Shown: piece after piece, positions 54,114 to 63,740 of the stretch | Position numbering within the stretch: position 1 is the stretch's first letter | How the letters are laid out: every line of letters starts with the position of its first letter | NCBI GenBank assembly: GCA_963844715.1 | Contig: CAWJPJ010000004.1 | Coordinates: forward strand, 128,001 to 192,000 | DNA from: an uncultured Phycisphaerales bacterium | GTDB lineage: Bacteria > Planctomycetota > Phycisphaerae > Tepidisphaerales > Tepidisphaeraceae | Length of the DNA: 64,000 nt | Direction: 5' to 3' | Translations under genes and position numbers: made by a program | Notes under the pieces: model-generated | Told to the model about the DNA's origin: nothing | Seen by the model: the letters and a program-made list of their open reading frames with translations, nothing else | Databases searched by the model: none

Positions 54114-54325
54114 CCTATTTCATTGTCACTATCGGTTCGCCGGGAAGGCGAAATTCACTTGGCGCGCGTTCCTATAAATCCAACCGCTGAGGCGCGCGAT
54201 AACAACCGGGACGCCGAATCTGAGACTTGGGAGCCCGATCCGCGGCACACGTCCGATTTTTCTTTGAATGCCCGCGTTTCCGGGATCGCATTTTTTGTAG
54301 CGCAGGAATTGCCGGTTTTTCACGT

Positions 54326-57112
54326 CTATGAGGAGCCGGAGCCGGAGGAACTGCTCGCCGCGCTGGAGGTGGACGACTCGCCTGCGGTGGAGTTACTGGC
54401 TGAAGTCGTGGCGGCCTTCAGCGTGCCCAGCGAGGAGAGAATCGCGCCCTGGCTTTCCAACTGCGCCAGCGTGTTCTCCATGTCAGCGAATTGCTGCTCC
54501 AACTGGTTCCGCTTGTCGGCGAGGATGATGTTGAGTTCGTTGATGCTGTCGTTGTAACCCTGGATCTGGTTGCTGAGGGTATCGTTTTCCAGGGTCACGA
54601 TGCCGTTGACGGGATCGGTGAGCGAATCGGTGGCGTTGGTGATCGCCGCCGCCAGGCCGGTCTTGGTTTGCGTGAAAAGATTGCTCACGGCGGTTGGATC
54701 GGCGGCGAACGCCTGGTTGAAAGTATCCTGGTCGAAGTTGAGCGTCGGCGAGCCGGTCGTACCGTTGGTATTGATGGTTATGCCGATGTCGGCAAGATCG
54801 TTGTACTGCCCGGCTCCGTTCACGACGGTGTCCATGACGCTGTAGAGCGTTTCTTCAATCTGCTGCGCCGTGGCGTCGCCGAGCAGAATGCCGCCCTGGT
54901 TGGTCGTTGTGTTGTACGTCGATTCGGTATCGATCTGCCCGACCAGGGTATTGAAGGCGGTCACCATGGTTTGAAGTTGCGTGCCGACCCCCGACGGGTC
55001 GGTGGTCACGCTGAGCGTCACCGGGCTGCTGCTCGACCCGACGAGATTGATGGTGACCCCGTTGATCACGTTGGAAATCTGGTTGGTGCTGCTGGTAAGC
55101 AGGAGCGGCTGGGCCCCGTCGCCGCCGCCGAGGAATACGGCGGCATCCTGGGCATTGACGAGATTTTGCACATTCAGATTTGTTGTACCGGTGTCGACCA
55201 CCACCTGTCCGGCCTCGCCGGAATTGATAGCCGTGAGCGAAAGGCGGTAGGGGGATGAACTGGATCCGTCGTTGATGATATTGGCGGTTACCCCGAACCC
55301 AAGCTGGTTGATCTTGTTCTGTAGCGTCGTCAGCGTATCGGTGTTGGTGACGGTGATTGTCTTTTCCAACCCCCCGTTGATGGTATTGGTGGTGGCGGTG
55401 CCGGCGATATTCAGGCTTTGCGCCGTTGTTCCGCCCAGATCGGCCACGGTGAGATGCCCGCTGCCGACGGAAGTGTCGGTGAGCTCAATCCCGTTGCCCG
55501 CTGGGTTGATCGATGCGGTCACATCGATATTCTTGGCGTTGATGGCGTGAATGACGTCGCCGAGGGTATTGTAGGTTCCCTGGGTGAGATCGACGGTCGC
55601 CGTCGTGCCCGCCGCATTGGTTATCTGGAATTGGCCGAGTGGAACGCCGGTTCCGCCGTCATAAGTGGAAAGCGGGGTACTCAACGAAACATATTGATGG
55701 TTCAGATTTCCGCTGTTTACCGTCTGGCTTGTCGTGTAGGTCCCGGCAATGCCTAGATTGGCGGCGGTCGTCGAATTCACGTCGGCGACCACCAGGTTTC
55801 CGGTGCCGCCGGTTGTGTCGGTAATTTGCAAACCGGTTCCGGAGGAGTTCAGGGAAGCGGTGACGCCGGCGCCGGCGTTGTTGATGTCGGCGATGATATC
55901 GCTGACGCTTGTCGCGCCGGACAGATCCACATCGGTCGGGGTGCCGCCTTCGCGATTGGTGATCGCGATTGTCCCCAGGGCGATTCCCGATCCGCCCTGC
56001 AACTGGCTGGTGAGAACGGAATCCAGGGCGCTGATCAGCGGGGCGCCGGTGATGGTATTTCCTGATGCCGCGCCGGTGAGGCCGAGTTGCGAGAGGGCCG
56101 GCGAGCCGTTTTGAGCTGTGAGCGTAAATGACCCGCCGCCCCCGCTCTTGTCCGTGAGTTGGATGCCGGTTCCCGCCGAATCAACCGATGCCGTGAGTTT
56201 TCCGGCGCCGGCCGTGTTGATGGAATTGAGGATATCGCCGACGGTGCCGTCCCCGTTGAGGGAGACGACCACGTTTGTTCCATCGCTCAGGGTCGCGGTG
56301 AAGTCGGATTGTCCCGCCGTCGCGGTCGCCACGCCGTTGCCGTCGTTGAGTTCTCCAAGTGCGGTGTTGTCGGAGATGTAATTGATGTCGGTTCCGGTGA
56401 GCGTGTTGGTCGCCACGCTCCCGGCGATTCCGAGTTGCTGCGCCGCCGATCCGCCCCCGATATCCTGCACGATCAGGTTGCTCGCGGTCGATCCGGTCTG
56501 ATCCGTCAGAACCAGGTGGTCGTCCTCGATCGATGCGTGAACGTCGACGCCCTGCGAGGTATTGATCTGATTGACGACGTCGTCGAGGGAAATGTCGTTG
56601 GAGGTGTCGATAATGGTCGATTCCCCGCTCCGATCGGTGATCCGGAACTGACCCGACGGCACCCCGGTGCCGCCATTCAGATTGGACAGCGCACTCTGCG
56701 AGGTCAGTAGGCCGCCCCCTTGCTCGAGGGTGATCGTGCCCGCGCCGACCAGCGCGTTGGCGGACGTGTATCCCTGGCTGATGGTCTGCTGGGTCGTCAC
56801 CAGGCGCGCGACCTGCAGCTGATACGTTCCAACGGCGGCGCCGACCGCTGTCGAAGCCGTCAATACATTTTGGTCGCTGCTGTTGGCGGTCGTGGACTGG
56901 AAGGTTTGCGGCAAGGCGAGCGCCTGCCCGACGGTTTGAATGCTGTTGATTTGTGTTTCGAGGGCCGTGTACGCCTGGGTCTGCGCCTGCGCCGAGGCGA
57001 TCTGCGTTTGCAGCAGGGTGACCGGTTCGGCGTCAAGCGAAATCAGTTCGTTGATGATCGCGCCGGTGTCGATGCCGCTGATCAGGCCGACGCTGGAGGT
57101 AATCTGTGCCAT
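54326..57112 (-). CDS. fliD: Flagellar filament cap protein FliD (928 aa)
   Basis: GLISGIDT N-terminus, AQDA..SSTN...GVTINL, LEQQFADME C-terminus; adjacent to fliS. Confidence 0.92.
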   Translation of the reverse strand: MAQITSSVGLISGIDTGAIINELISLDAEPVTLLQTQIASAQAQTQAYTALETQINSIQTVGQALALPQTFQSTTANSSDQNVLTASTAVGAAVGTYQLQVARLVTTQQTISQGYTSANALVGAGTITLEQGGGLLTSQSALSNLNGGTGVPSGQFRITDRSGESTIIDTSNDISLDDVVNQINTSQGVDVHASIEDDHLVLTDQTGSTASNLIVQDIGGGSAAQQLGIAGSVATNTLTGTDINYISDNTALGELNDGNGVATATAGQSDFTATLSDGTNVVVSLNGDGTVGDILNSINTAGAGKLTASVDSAGTGIQLTDKSGGGGSFTLTAQNGSPALSQLGLTGAASGNTITGAPLISALDSVLTSQLQGGSGIALGTIAITNREGGTPTDVDLSGATSVSDIIADINNAGAGVTASLNSSGTGLQITDTTGGTGNLVVADVNSTTAANLGIAGTYTTSQTVNSGNLNHQYVSLSTPLSTYDGGTGVPLGQFQITNAAGTTATVDLTQGTYNTLGDVIHAINAKNIDVTASINPAGNGIELTDTSVGSGHLTVADLGGTTAQSLNIAGTATTNTINGGLEKTITVTNTDTLTTLQNKINQLGFGVTANIINDGSSSSPYRLSLTAINSGEAGQVVVDTGTTNLNVQNLVNAQDAAVFLGGGDGAQPLLLTSSTNQISNVINGVTINLVGSSSSPVTLSVTTDPSGVGTQLQTMVTAFNTLVGQIDTESTYNTTTNQGGILLGDATAQQIEETLYSVMDTVVNGAGQYNDLADIGITINTNGTTGSPTLNFDQDTFNQAFAADPTAVSNLFTQTKTGLAAAITNATDSLTDPVNGIVTLENDTLSNQIQGYNDSINELNIILADKRNQLEQQFADMENTLAQLESQGAILSSLGTLKAATTSASNSTAGESSTSSAASSSSGSGSS

Positions 57113-57480
57113 GACTGAGTTTTAATCGTCCAAAACACTTCCGCGGTACAATACAGACCAGTCGTGCCTATCCATATCGGCCCGTCCGGCGTCGGCGGCG
57201 GCGAGGTCTTTTTCCATCCGCCGCACTGCCCGCGCCTTTGCCGCCACGCTGTCGGCGGCCCAACGGTCCAGGAAAATCCAGCACGCCTGTCTTACCGCAC
57301 GCAGTCGGTCCGCCGTCGCCAGCCAATGCGGCCCAGTCATTTCCGCGCGGGTCTGGCTTCGCCGCTCCGTTTCATTGAAAAACCGACTACCCATGGTCAA
57401 GGTTATCGGAACTCCCCGGCGGTCAAGTTGAGCCAAACATAGTTGCCATGCCCCTCCCCCCGGCGGTAGCCTGATCGGTC

Positions 57481-58269
57481 ATGCGATCCGACGGCCGAAC
57501 CGACGACCAGCTCCGCCCCATCTCGATTACCCGCGGTTTTACGCAAACCCCGCCGGGATCAGTCCTTTGGAAGCAGGGGGGTACCGTGGTGCTCTGCACG
57601 GCCAGCGTTTCCCAGGACGTTCCGCCATGGTTCAAGGAGGATCGCGCGGGCGGCTGGCTGACCGCCGAGTATGTCATGCTCCCCGCCTCGACGCCCCAGC
57701 GGAAACCCTGGCCCAAGATCGGGTCGACCGATTCGCGCGGGACGGAAATCCAGCGCATGATCGGGCGCTGCCTGCGGGCCGCCATTGATCTGTCCAAAAT
57801 CGGGCCGCATACGATTACGGTCGATTGCCAGGTTCTCCAAGCCGACGGGGGCACACGAACGGCGTGCATTAGTGCCGCGTATGTCGCCCTTCGCGACGCT
57901 CTGGCGAGCCTGCCCAAGGAGGTTCCCCAGCCCAAATACCCGCCGCCCGGGAAGATGCCGGCGCGCTTCCTTTCGGGACATTATGACCCCACCGGCGCGT
58001 GCGCCGATCCGCTGGCGGCGGTCAGCGTTGGGTGGGTCAACGGCCGGCCGCTGCTCGATTTGAATTATGCCGACGATTCCATTGCTGAAGTCGATTTGAA
58101 CGTCGCCTACACGGCGGCGGGGCGTTTCGTTGAAATCCAGGGCTCGGCCGAAAACGGGCGCGGATTCGACCGAAAACAAATGAATCAATTGCTCGATCTC
58201 GCCGTCGGCGGATGTGCTAAAATAATGGCACTGCAAAACGAGTCCCTGGCGGCTGGAGCATCGCGATGA
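57481..58269 (+). CDS. rph: Ribonuclease PH
   Basis: MRSDGR..QLRPI, TAEY.MLP, EIQRMIGR, QADGGTRTA. Confidence 0.95.
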   Translation: MRSDGRTDDQLRPISITRGFTQTPPGSVLWKQGGTVVLCTASVSQDVPPWFKEDRAGGWLTAEYVMLPASTPQRKPWPKIGSTDSRGTEIQRMIGRCLRAAIDLSKIGPHTITVDCQVLQADGGTRTACISAAYVALRDALASLPKEVPQPKYPPPGKMPARFLSGHYDPTGACADPLAAVSVGWVNGRPLLDLNYADDSIAEVDLNVAYTAAGRFVEIQGSAENGRGFDRKQMNQLLDLAVGGCAKIMALQNESLAAGASR

Positions 58270-59282
58270 AACTTTTACCCTGGCTGGCGATCGCCTCTCT
58301 GATTTTCCTCGCCGCATGCGCCGGCGCACCGAATGCGGCAAATTCCAACGGATCCGTTTCCTCTGCTTCCGCCACGACAAATCCGGACGCCGGCGCCGAC
58401 ATGGGAATGCCGGTTCCGCCGCCCGGCGCGATGTACACGTTATTCTGCTGCGCCTTCAGCAGCCCGACGCACATCGCGGACTCCGAGCAGGCCAAGCAAT
58501 ATATGATCGCGCGCACGGGCCTCAAGGATTGGTACATCATTCACAGCGAGGGAGAGAGCGATTTATATTATGGGTTTTACACGACCTTTGACGATCCGTC
58601 GCAGACCGCCGAGTACACGCGTGCGCAGGACGATCACGCGAAGCTCACGTCGCTGGTGAACGACGTCGGCGACAAAATTTTCTCGATGGTTCTTTTCGTC
58701 CCGATCAATTTGCCTGATCCGCCGGCGCCGAAGGAATGGGATTTAAAAAATAATCCGGGGTACTGGACGTTGCAGATCGGGATTTATCGCGACAGCCCGG
58801 AGCGCAAACAGGCGGCGGTTGATGCCGTGCGCGAAGCGCGGGCTGAGGGGATCGAGGCGTATTTCCAGCACGGGCCGGTTGCCAGCGGGGTGTTCATTGG
58901 GTCGTGGCCGAGGGATGCGGCTGAGATCAGCGACACTAGCACGCCTTCCGACGATCCGCATCAGCAGGTTCTGGTGCTGTCCAGCCCCGTCGCCGGGCGT
59001 GAGGGGCAGGATTTTTACGATAGCAACGGGCAAAAAATGCACGTCGTCATGCCGGAGGTGCAGATTTTCGATCCGGGTCTTAAAGCGGCGATTTCAAAAT
59101 ACCCTTACACCGAAGTCAACGGCGAAATCCGCGGGCGGAGCAGCGCGCGCCATCCGGAAGTGATTCCGTATCCGTCCTATCTGATCCGGGTTCCGCACGA
59201 CGACGCGACGGATTCGCCGGACAAGGACCAAATTCCCGGCGCGACGCCCGATCAGGATCAGCCGGGCGACGGTATGCACTAG
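58266..59282 (+). CDS. Hypothetical lipoprotein (SPOR-like segments)
   Basis: Lipobox LAAC; WTLQIG...R..G.EAY. Confidence 0.65.
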   Translation: MKLLPWLAIASLIFLAACAGAPNAANSNGSVSSASATTNPDAGADMGMPVPPPGAMYTLFCCAFSSPTHIADSEQAKQYMIARTGLKDWYIIHSEGESDLYYGFYTTFDDPSQTAEYTRAQDDHAKLTSLVNDVGDKIFSMVLFVPINLPDPPAPKEWDLKNNPGYWTLQIGIYRDSPERKQAAVDAVREARAEGIEAYFQHGPVASGVFIGSWPRDAAEISDTSTPSDDPHQQVLVLSSPVAGREGQDFYDSNGQKMHVVMPEVQIFDPGLKAAISKYPYTEVNGEIRGRSSARHPEVIPYPSYLIRVPHDDATDSPDKDQIPGATPDQDQPGDGMH

Positions 59283-59301
59283 AGGGCGCTTCTAAAACAC
59301 C

Positions 59302-59910
59302 GTGCGACTTCTTATCGCCACGACCAATCCCGGGAAGATTCGCGAATTCCGCCAGATGTTGGGGGGCGGGGATATCGAATTTAGCGATCTCACTCAGTTC
59401 CCCGGTCTTGCGGAAGTGCGGGAAACTGGGCTGTCATTTCGCGATAACGCGTGCCTGAAGGCGTCGGCGTATGCGAAGGCGACCAAACTTTGGGCGCTGG
59501 CGGACGATAGCGGGTTGTCTGTGGATGCGTTGGATGGGAAACCTGGCATTCATAGCGCGCGATGGGCGCAATTGAACGATGCGGGCAAAGGGGACGCCGC
59601 CAATAATGAACTGTTGGTGAGACAAATGGCGGGGGTTGCTGAATCAGAGCGAACGGGCCGATTCGTTTGTGCTCTGGCGCTGGCTGATCCCGACGGGAAA
59701 ATAATTCTGACCGCGTTGGATTTGGTCGAAGGCAGAATCCTGCGCTCTCCCCGCGGTCAGAATGGTTTTGGTTACGACCCGCTGTTCTTTGTTGAATCGC
59801 TTGGCAAGACGACGGCCGAACTGCCTTCGGATGAAAAACATCGCATTAGCCATCGGGGTAAGGCTCTCGCGCGAATGCGCGAACTTATCGTGCGGGCGCG
59901 GGTTGAATGA
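59302..59910 (+). CDS. rdgB: dITP/XTP pyrophosphatase
   Basis: ATTNPGK..E, ADDSGL, PGIHSAR, GFGYDPLF, ISHRGKA. Confidence 0.95.
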   Translation: MRLLIATTNPGKIREFRQMLGGGDIEFSDLTQFPGLAEVRETGLSFRDNACLKASAYAKATKLWALADDSGLSVDALDGKPGIHSARWAQLNDAGKGDAANNELLVRQMAGVAESERTGRFVCALALADPDGKIILTALDLVEGRILRSPRGQNGFGYDPLFFVESLGKTTAELPSDEKHRISHRGKALARMRELIVRARVE

Positions 59911-60460
59911 ACCGCCAAGACGCGGAGGACGCCAAGATAAAACACGCCAAGGGATTGTTGGGGGTGGGGGGATTATTTGGATGGCTGGTTTAAAGGGGTT
60001 AGAAATAAGAATATTATGGAGGATACGACCACGTTTGAGCCTGATGCGGAGTTGGATCGGTTGGCGTCGGCTGTGATTGGGGCGGCTATTGAAGTTCATC
60101 GCATTCTTGGGCCGGGATTTCTGGAGGGGACTTACGAAGAAGCGATGGTGATTGAATTGGGGCTTCGCGGGCTGTCGGCTCAAAGGCAAGTGCCGATTTG
60201 TATTCGCTACAAGGGGGTTGAGATCGGGCAGAACCGACTCGACTTGCTTGCCGAGGGGCGACTTATTATCGAAATCAAGGCGGTCGATTCCCTGGGGCCG
60301 ATCCAACAGGCGCAAGTCATCTCCTACTTAAAGGCCACTGGCCATACCCTGGCGTTTCTGAACAATTTCAATGTCCGAATCCTCAAAGACGGGGTCAAAC
60401 GAGTCATACTTTCCCCATCTTGGCGATCTTAACTTGGCGTCCTCGGCGGCTTGGCGGTTC
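59909..60460. mobile_element. Inverted-repeat-flanked GxxExxY cassette
   Basis: 32-bp IRs at 59909-59940 and 60429-60460 (29/32 complementary), built of CGCCAAG units. Confidence 0.75.
60016..60432 (+). CDS. GxxExxY protein (PD-(D/E)XK nuclease fold)
   Basis: EVHRILGPGFLEGTY, DLL...IEIK, QVISYL, NFN. Confidence 0.92.
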   Translation: MEDTTTFEPDAELDRLASAVIGAAIEVHRILGPGFLEGTYEEAMVIELGLRGLSAQRQVPICIRYKGVEIGQNRLDLLAEGRLIIEIKAVDSLGPIQQAQVISYLKATGHTLAFLNNFNVRILKDGVKRVILSPSWRS

Positions 60461-60512
60461 CATCCGGTTTTCCCTTTCCCCCAAAACCCTTCTCCAATAC
60501 ACTCTACCCCCC

Positions 60513-60929
60513 ATGAGCCGGATTCTTGTCGCCGTCAGTAGTCCTTGGGCAGCCGAGAAAGTCGTTGCGACCGTCGCCGATTTGGCCAAGCGTCTTTCGG
60601 CCGAAGTGCTGGTGGTTCACGTTTCCCGCCCCAGCGGGGGGCAGATGCGCGAGCAGGAGCAGGCGGATGGCGAGGGGGCGGTCAGTCTTCTTCGCGGAAA
60701 GCTCGAGGAACGCAATGTTCCTGTGCAAACTTTGCTTATGTTCAGCGAAGATATCGCCCGGGCGGTGCTGAACACCGCCGCCGAGCGGCAGGTGACCCTG
60801 ATTGTGCTCGGGCTGACCGGGAAAAATGTTTTCGCGCGACTTTTGGCCGGAAATGTGCCGGTCGAACTCATCAAGAACACCAAGATTCCCGTCCTGCTTC
60901 TCCCGCCGGACTGGAGCGCGGCGATATAG
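60513..60929 (+). CDS. Universal stress protein
   Basis: RILVAV, LIVLG, L.G.V..LIK...PVLLLP. Confidence 0.85.
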   Translation: MSRILVAVSSPWAAEKVVATVADLAKRLSAEVLVVHVSRPSGGQMREQEQADGEGAVSLLRGKLEERNVPVQTLLMFSEDIARAVLNTAAERQVTLIVLGLTGKNVFARLLAGNVPVELIKNTKIPVLLLPPDWSAAI

Positions 60930-61049
60930 GACTTGTCCCGAGGTGGAATTTTTTAAAACATTTCTTTTCGTGCGCCGCGCGGACGATATAATCCTAACCT
61001 CGCAGGGCGCGAATGGTCGTGCCGCGGAGATTTAACGGAGCGTTAATAC

Positions 61050-61745
61050 ATGGTCAACGGCGATGAACTCATGCCCAAGGAATGTTTTTTCACCAAGGGC
61101 GTCGGCCGGCACGCGCAAAAACTCATGAGTTTCGAACTGGCGTTGCGGGATGCGGGGATCGAACAGCAAAATCTCGTGCGCGTTTCTTCCATCTATCCGA
61201 CGAGTTGCAAAATCGTTCCGGTAAAGGAAGGCACCCCGAAACTCAAGCCGGGGCAGATCACCTTCGTCGTGCTCGCCGAGGGGGCGACCGACGAACCGAA
61301 TCGGCTCATTTGCGCCGGCATCGGATTGGCCATTCCGCGCAATCACGCGCATGGGTACATCGCCGAGCATCACGGCTATGGGATGAGCGAAAAGAAGACG
61401 GAAGACCTTTGCGAAGATCTCGCGGCGACGATGCTCGCGACGACGCTGGGCATTCCTTTCGACGCCGACAAGAGCTGGGACGAACGCGAGCAGCAGTACA
61501 AGATGAGCGGCGACATCGTGAAAACCCGCTCGGTTGTGCAGACGGCTGAGGGGGACAAGAGCGGCCTGTGGACGAGCGTGATCTCCGCCGTCGTTTTCAT
61601 TCTCGATCCGACGCCGGTGCATTCGGAGAAAACCAACGGCGAGAAAGCAGCCGCGGATAAAGCCGCCGCGGATAAAGCCGCGGCTGAAAAAGCTGCCGCG
61701 GAAAAACCCGCCGAAGCGCCCAAAGTGGCGGCCGTACCTGCTTAG
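61050..61745 (+). CDS. pdaD: Pyruvoyl-dependent arginine decarboxylase
   Basis: FFTKGVG.H, SFELALRDAGI...NLVRVSSI (Ser-Ser cleavage site), GYIAEHH. Confidence 0.9.
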   Translation: MVNGDELMPKECFFTKGVGRHAQKLMSFELALRDAGIEQQNLVRVSSIYPTSCKIVPVKEGTPKLKPGQITFVVLAEGATDEPNRLICAGIGLAIPRNHAHGYIAEHHGYGMSEKKTEDLCEDLAATMLATTLGIPFDADKSWDEREQQYKMSGDIVKTRSVVQTAEGDKSGLWTSVISAVVFILDPTPVHSEKTNGEKAAADKAAADKAAAEKAAAEKPAEAPKVAAVPA

Positions 61746-62821
61746 ACTTTTGGCTGCTGCTGGCTCAAGCAGTGAATCGCGCCAAGCCCCCAGATCAGTT
61801 CGACGCAGTCGATCCCGATTACTTTGCGCCCGGGCAAGTGGGATTGCAGAATCTCGATTGCCCGCCGATCGTTTTTTCGATTCCGATACGTCGGCACGAG
61901 TAGCGCGCCGTTGACGAAATAAAAGTTCACGTAGGTCGCGGGCAATCGCTGCTTGTCGTACTCGACGAAGCCGGGCATGGGAATTTCGACGATTTCCAGG
62001 GGTTTTCCATCCTGATCGCGGGCAAAATCGAGTTGCCGCCGCACCTCGCGAAGGACCTTGAAATTCTCGTCCTTCGGGTCTTCTTCCAGGGCAATCACGA
62101 CTTTTCGCGGGCCGATGAATCGGGCTAGATCGTCGATATGGCCGTCCGTATCGTCCCCGGCGATTCCACCCGTGAGCCAGCAGACTTTCGCCTGGCCGTA
62201 ATAGTCCCGCAGGCACCGCTCGATCTGCGCCTGGCTCAAATCAGGATTTCGGTTCCTGTTGAGCAGGCAATCCGTCGTTGTCAGCACCGTTCCCGCACCG
62301 TTGAAATCGACGGCGCCGCCTTCCATGATGATCCCCGGATACCACACCGGCAGGGCAAGCTCTTCGGCGATGCGCGTCGGCACGGCGTCATCATCGTCAT
62401 ACGGCGGATATTTTCCGCCCCAGGCGTTGAATCCCCAATCGACGATGGCCAATTTCTTTTTTCCGCGCGATTTCTTGACGACAAACGACGGCCCGTGATC
62501 GCGGCACCAGCTCTCGTTGGTCTTGATGTGATAGAAATAAATATTCGTCAGCGGGCAGTCATACTCCTTGAGTTGCCGCCTGACGATGCGCTCGTAGTTT
62601 CCATTCGGCACGTTCACGCAGACGCGCTTGCGCGGGGCGATGGCGCGGAATATCGCCGCCAGGTTTTCGGGGACGGTGTGATATTTATCGGGAAAGGAAA
62701 TTCCCTCGGGGCGCGGCCAACTGAACCACGTTGCGGCGTGCGGCTCCCATTCGGCTGGAAAGAAATACCCGAGCGAGGCCGGCGTGCCCGACAAAACCTT
62801 CACTTTCCGTTTAGTCGGCAT
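61742..62821 (-). CDS. aguA: Agmatine deiminase
   Basis: PAEWEPH, WCRDHGP, EGG, DTDGHID, GAIHC. Confidence 0.93.
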   Translation of the reverse strand: MPTKRKVKVLSGTPASLGYFFPAEWEPHAATWFSWPRPEGISFPDKYHTVPENLAAIFRAIAPRKRVCVNVPNGNYERIVRRQLKEYDCPLTNIYFYHIKTNESWCRDHGPSFVVKKSRGKKKLAIVDWGFNAWGGKYPPYDDDDAVPTRIAEELALPVWYPGIIMEGGAVDFNGAGTVLTTTDCLLNRNRNPDLSQAQIERCLRDYYGQAKVCWLTGGIAGDDTDGHIDDLARFIGPRKVVIALEEDPKDENFKVLREVRRQLDFARDQDGKPLEIVEIPMPGFVEYDKQRLPATYVNFYFVNGALLVPTYRNRKNDRRAIEILQSHLPGRKVIGIDCVELIWGLGAIHCLSQQQPKV

Positions 62822-63740
62822 CGACGAACCGCCTGGTCAGATTCCCGTACGCGTCGATCCGCCGGTCGCGCAGAAACGGCCAGTGGGTGCGGCTGAATTC
62901 CACGCGGCCCAAATCGCAGTCCGCCAGCAAAACTTCCGGCTTGTTCCGCGACGCCTTGCCCACGATCGACCCGTCCGGCGCCGCCACGAAAGATTGGCCC
63001 CAAAATTCAATCCCGTCGCCATTCACGGGCTTTCCATCGCTCCCGAGGATTTTTTCCAGCCCAATCCGATTTGGCGCGCAGACATAACAGCCGTTGGCCA
63101 CCGCATGACTCCGCTGGATCAACTCCCAACTGTCATGCTGGGCCGCGCCGTACTGCTTCTTTTCGGTGGGATGCCATCCGATGGCCGTGGGATAGAAAAG
63201 AATTTGCGCGCCGGCCAAAGCCGTCAATCGCGCTCCTTCGGGGAACCACTGGTCCCAGCAGATGAGCACGCCGATTTTGGCGTACTTTGTTTCCCAGGCG
63301 CGAAATCCGGTGTCTCCCGGCGTGAAATAAAACTTTTCGTAATAGAGCGGGTCGTCCGGGATGTGCATTTTGCGATAGACGCCGAGGATGGAGCCATCGG
63401 CGTCGATGACCGCCGCCGTGTTGTGGTAAAGGCCCTGGGCCCGCTTTTCGAAAAGGGACGCGATGATCACGGCCCGGTTCTTTTTCGCCAATTTGCCCAG
63501 GGCATCGGTCGAGGGTCCGGGAATCGGTTCGGCGAGTTCGAAAAATCGATGGTCCTCCACCTGGCAGAAATATTGGGAGCGGAACAATTCCTGCGTGCAG
63601 ATAATGTTCGCGCCGCCTCGAGCGGCGCGCTCGACGAGGGCGAGCTGGTTTTTGAGGTTCACGCGGGGGTCGGGGCCGCAGGGCATTTGGGTTAGGCCTA
63701 CGGTCACAATCGAATCAGAATTTCGGGCAGTTTTCTTCAT
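62811..63740 (-). CDS. aguB: N-carbamoylputrescine amidase (carbon-nitrogen hydrolase)
   Basis: QELF, YRKMHIP, EKFYFTPGD, ICWDQWFPE; operonic with aguA. Confidence 0.9.
   Translation of the reverse strand: MKKTARNSDSIVTVGLTQMPCGPDPRVNLKNQLALVERAARGGANIICTQELFRSQYFCQVEDHRFFELAEPIPGPSTDALGKLAKKNRAVIIASLFEKRAQGLYHNTAAVIDADGSILGVYRKMHIPDDPLYYEKFYFTPGDTGFRAWETKYAKIGVLICWDQWFPEGARLTALAGAQILFYPTAIGWHPTEKKQYGAAQHDSWELIQRSHAVANGCYVCAPNRIGLEKILGSDGKPVNGDGIEFWGQSFVAAPDGSIVGKASRNKPEVLLADCDLGRVEFSRTHWPFLRDRRIDAYGNLTRRFVDAD

Noticed and set aside
57170..57435. Sigma28 promoters upstream of fliD (GCCGATAT near 57174-57181; TCAA-N17-TCCGATAA near 57403-57431, minus strand)
   Set aside because: The first lacks a -35 element and the second has off-consensus spacing; plausible but not supportable.
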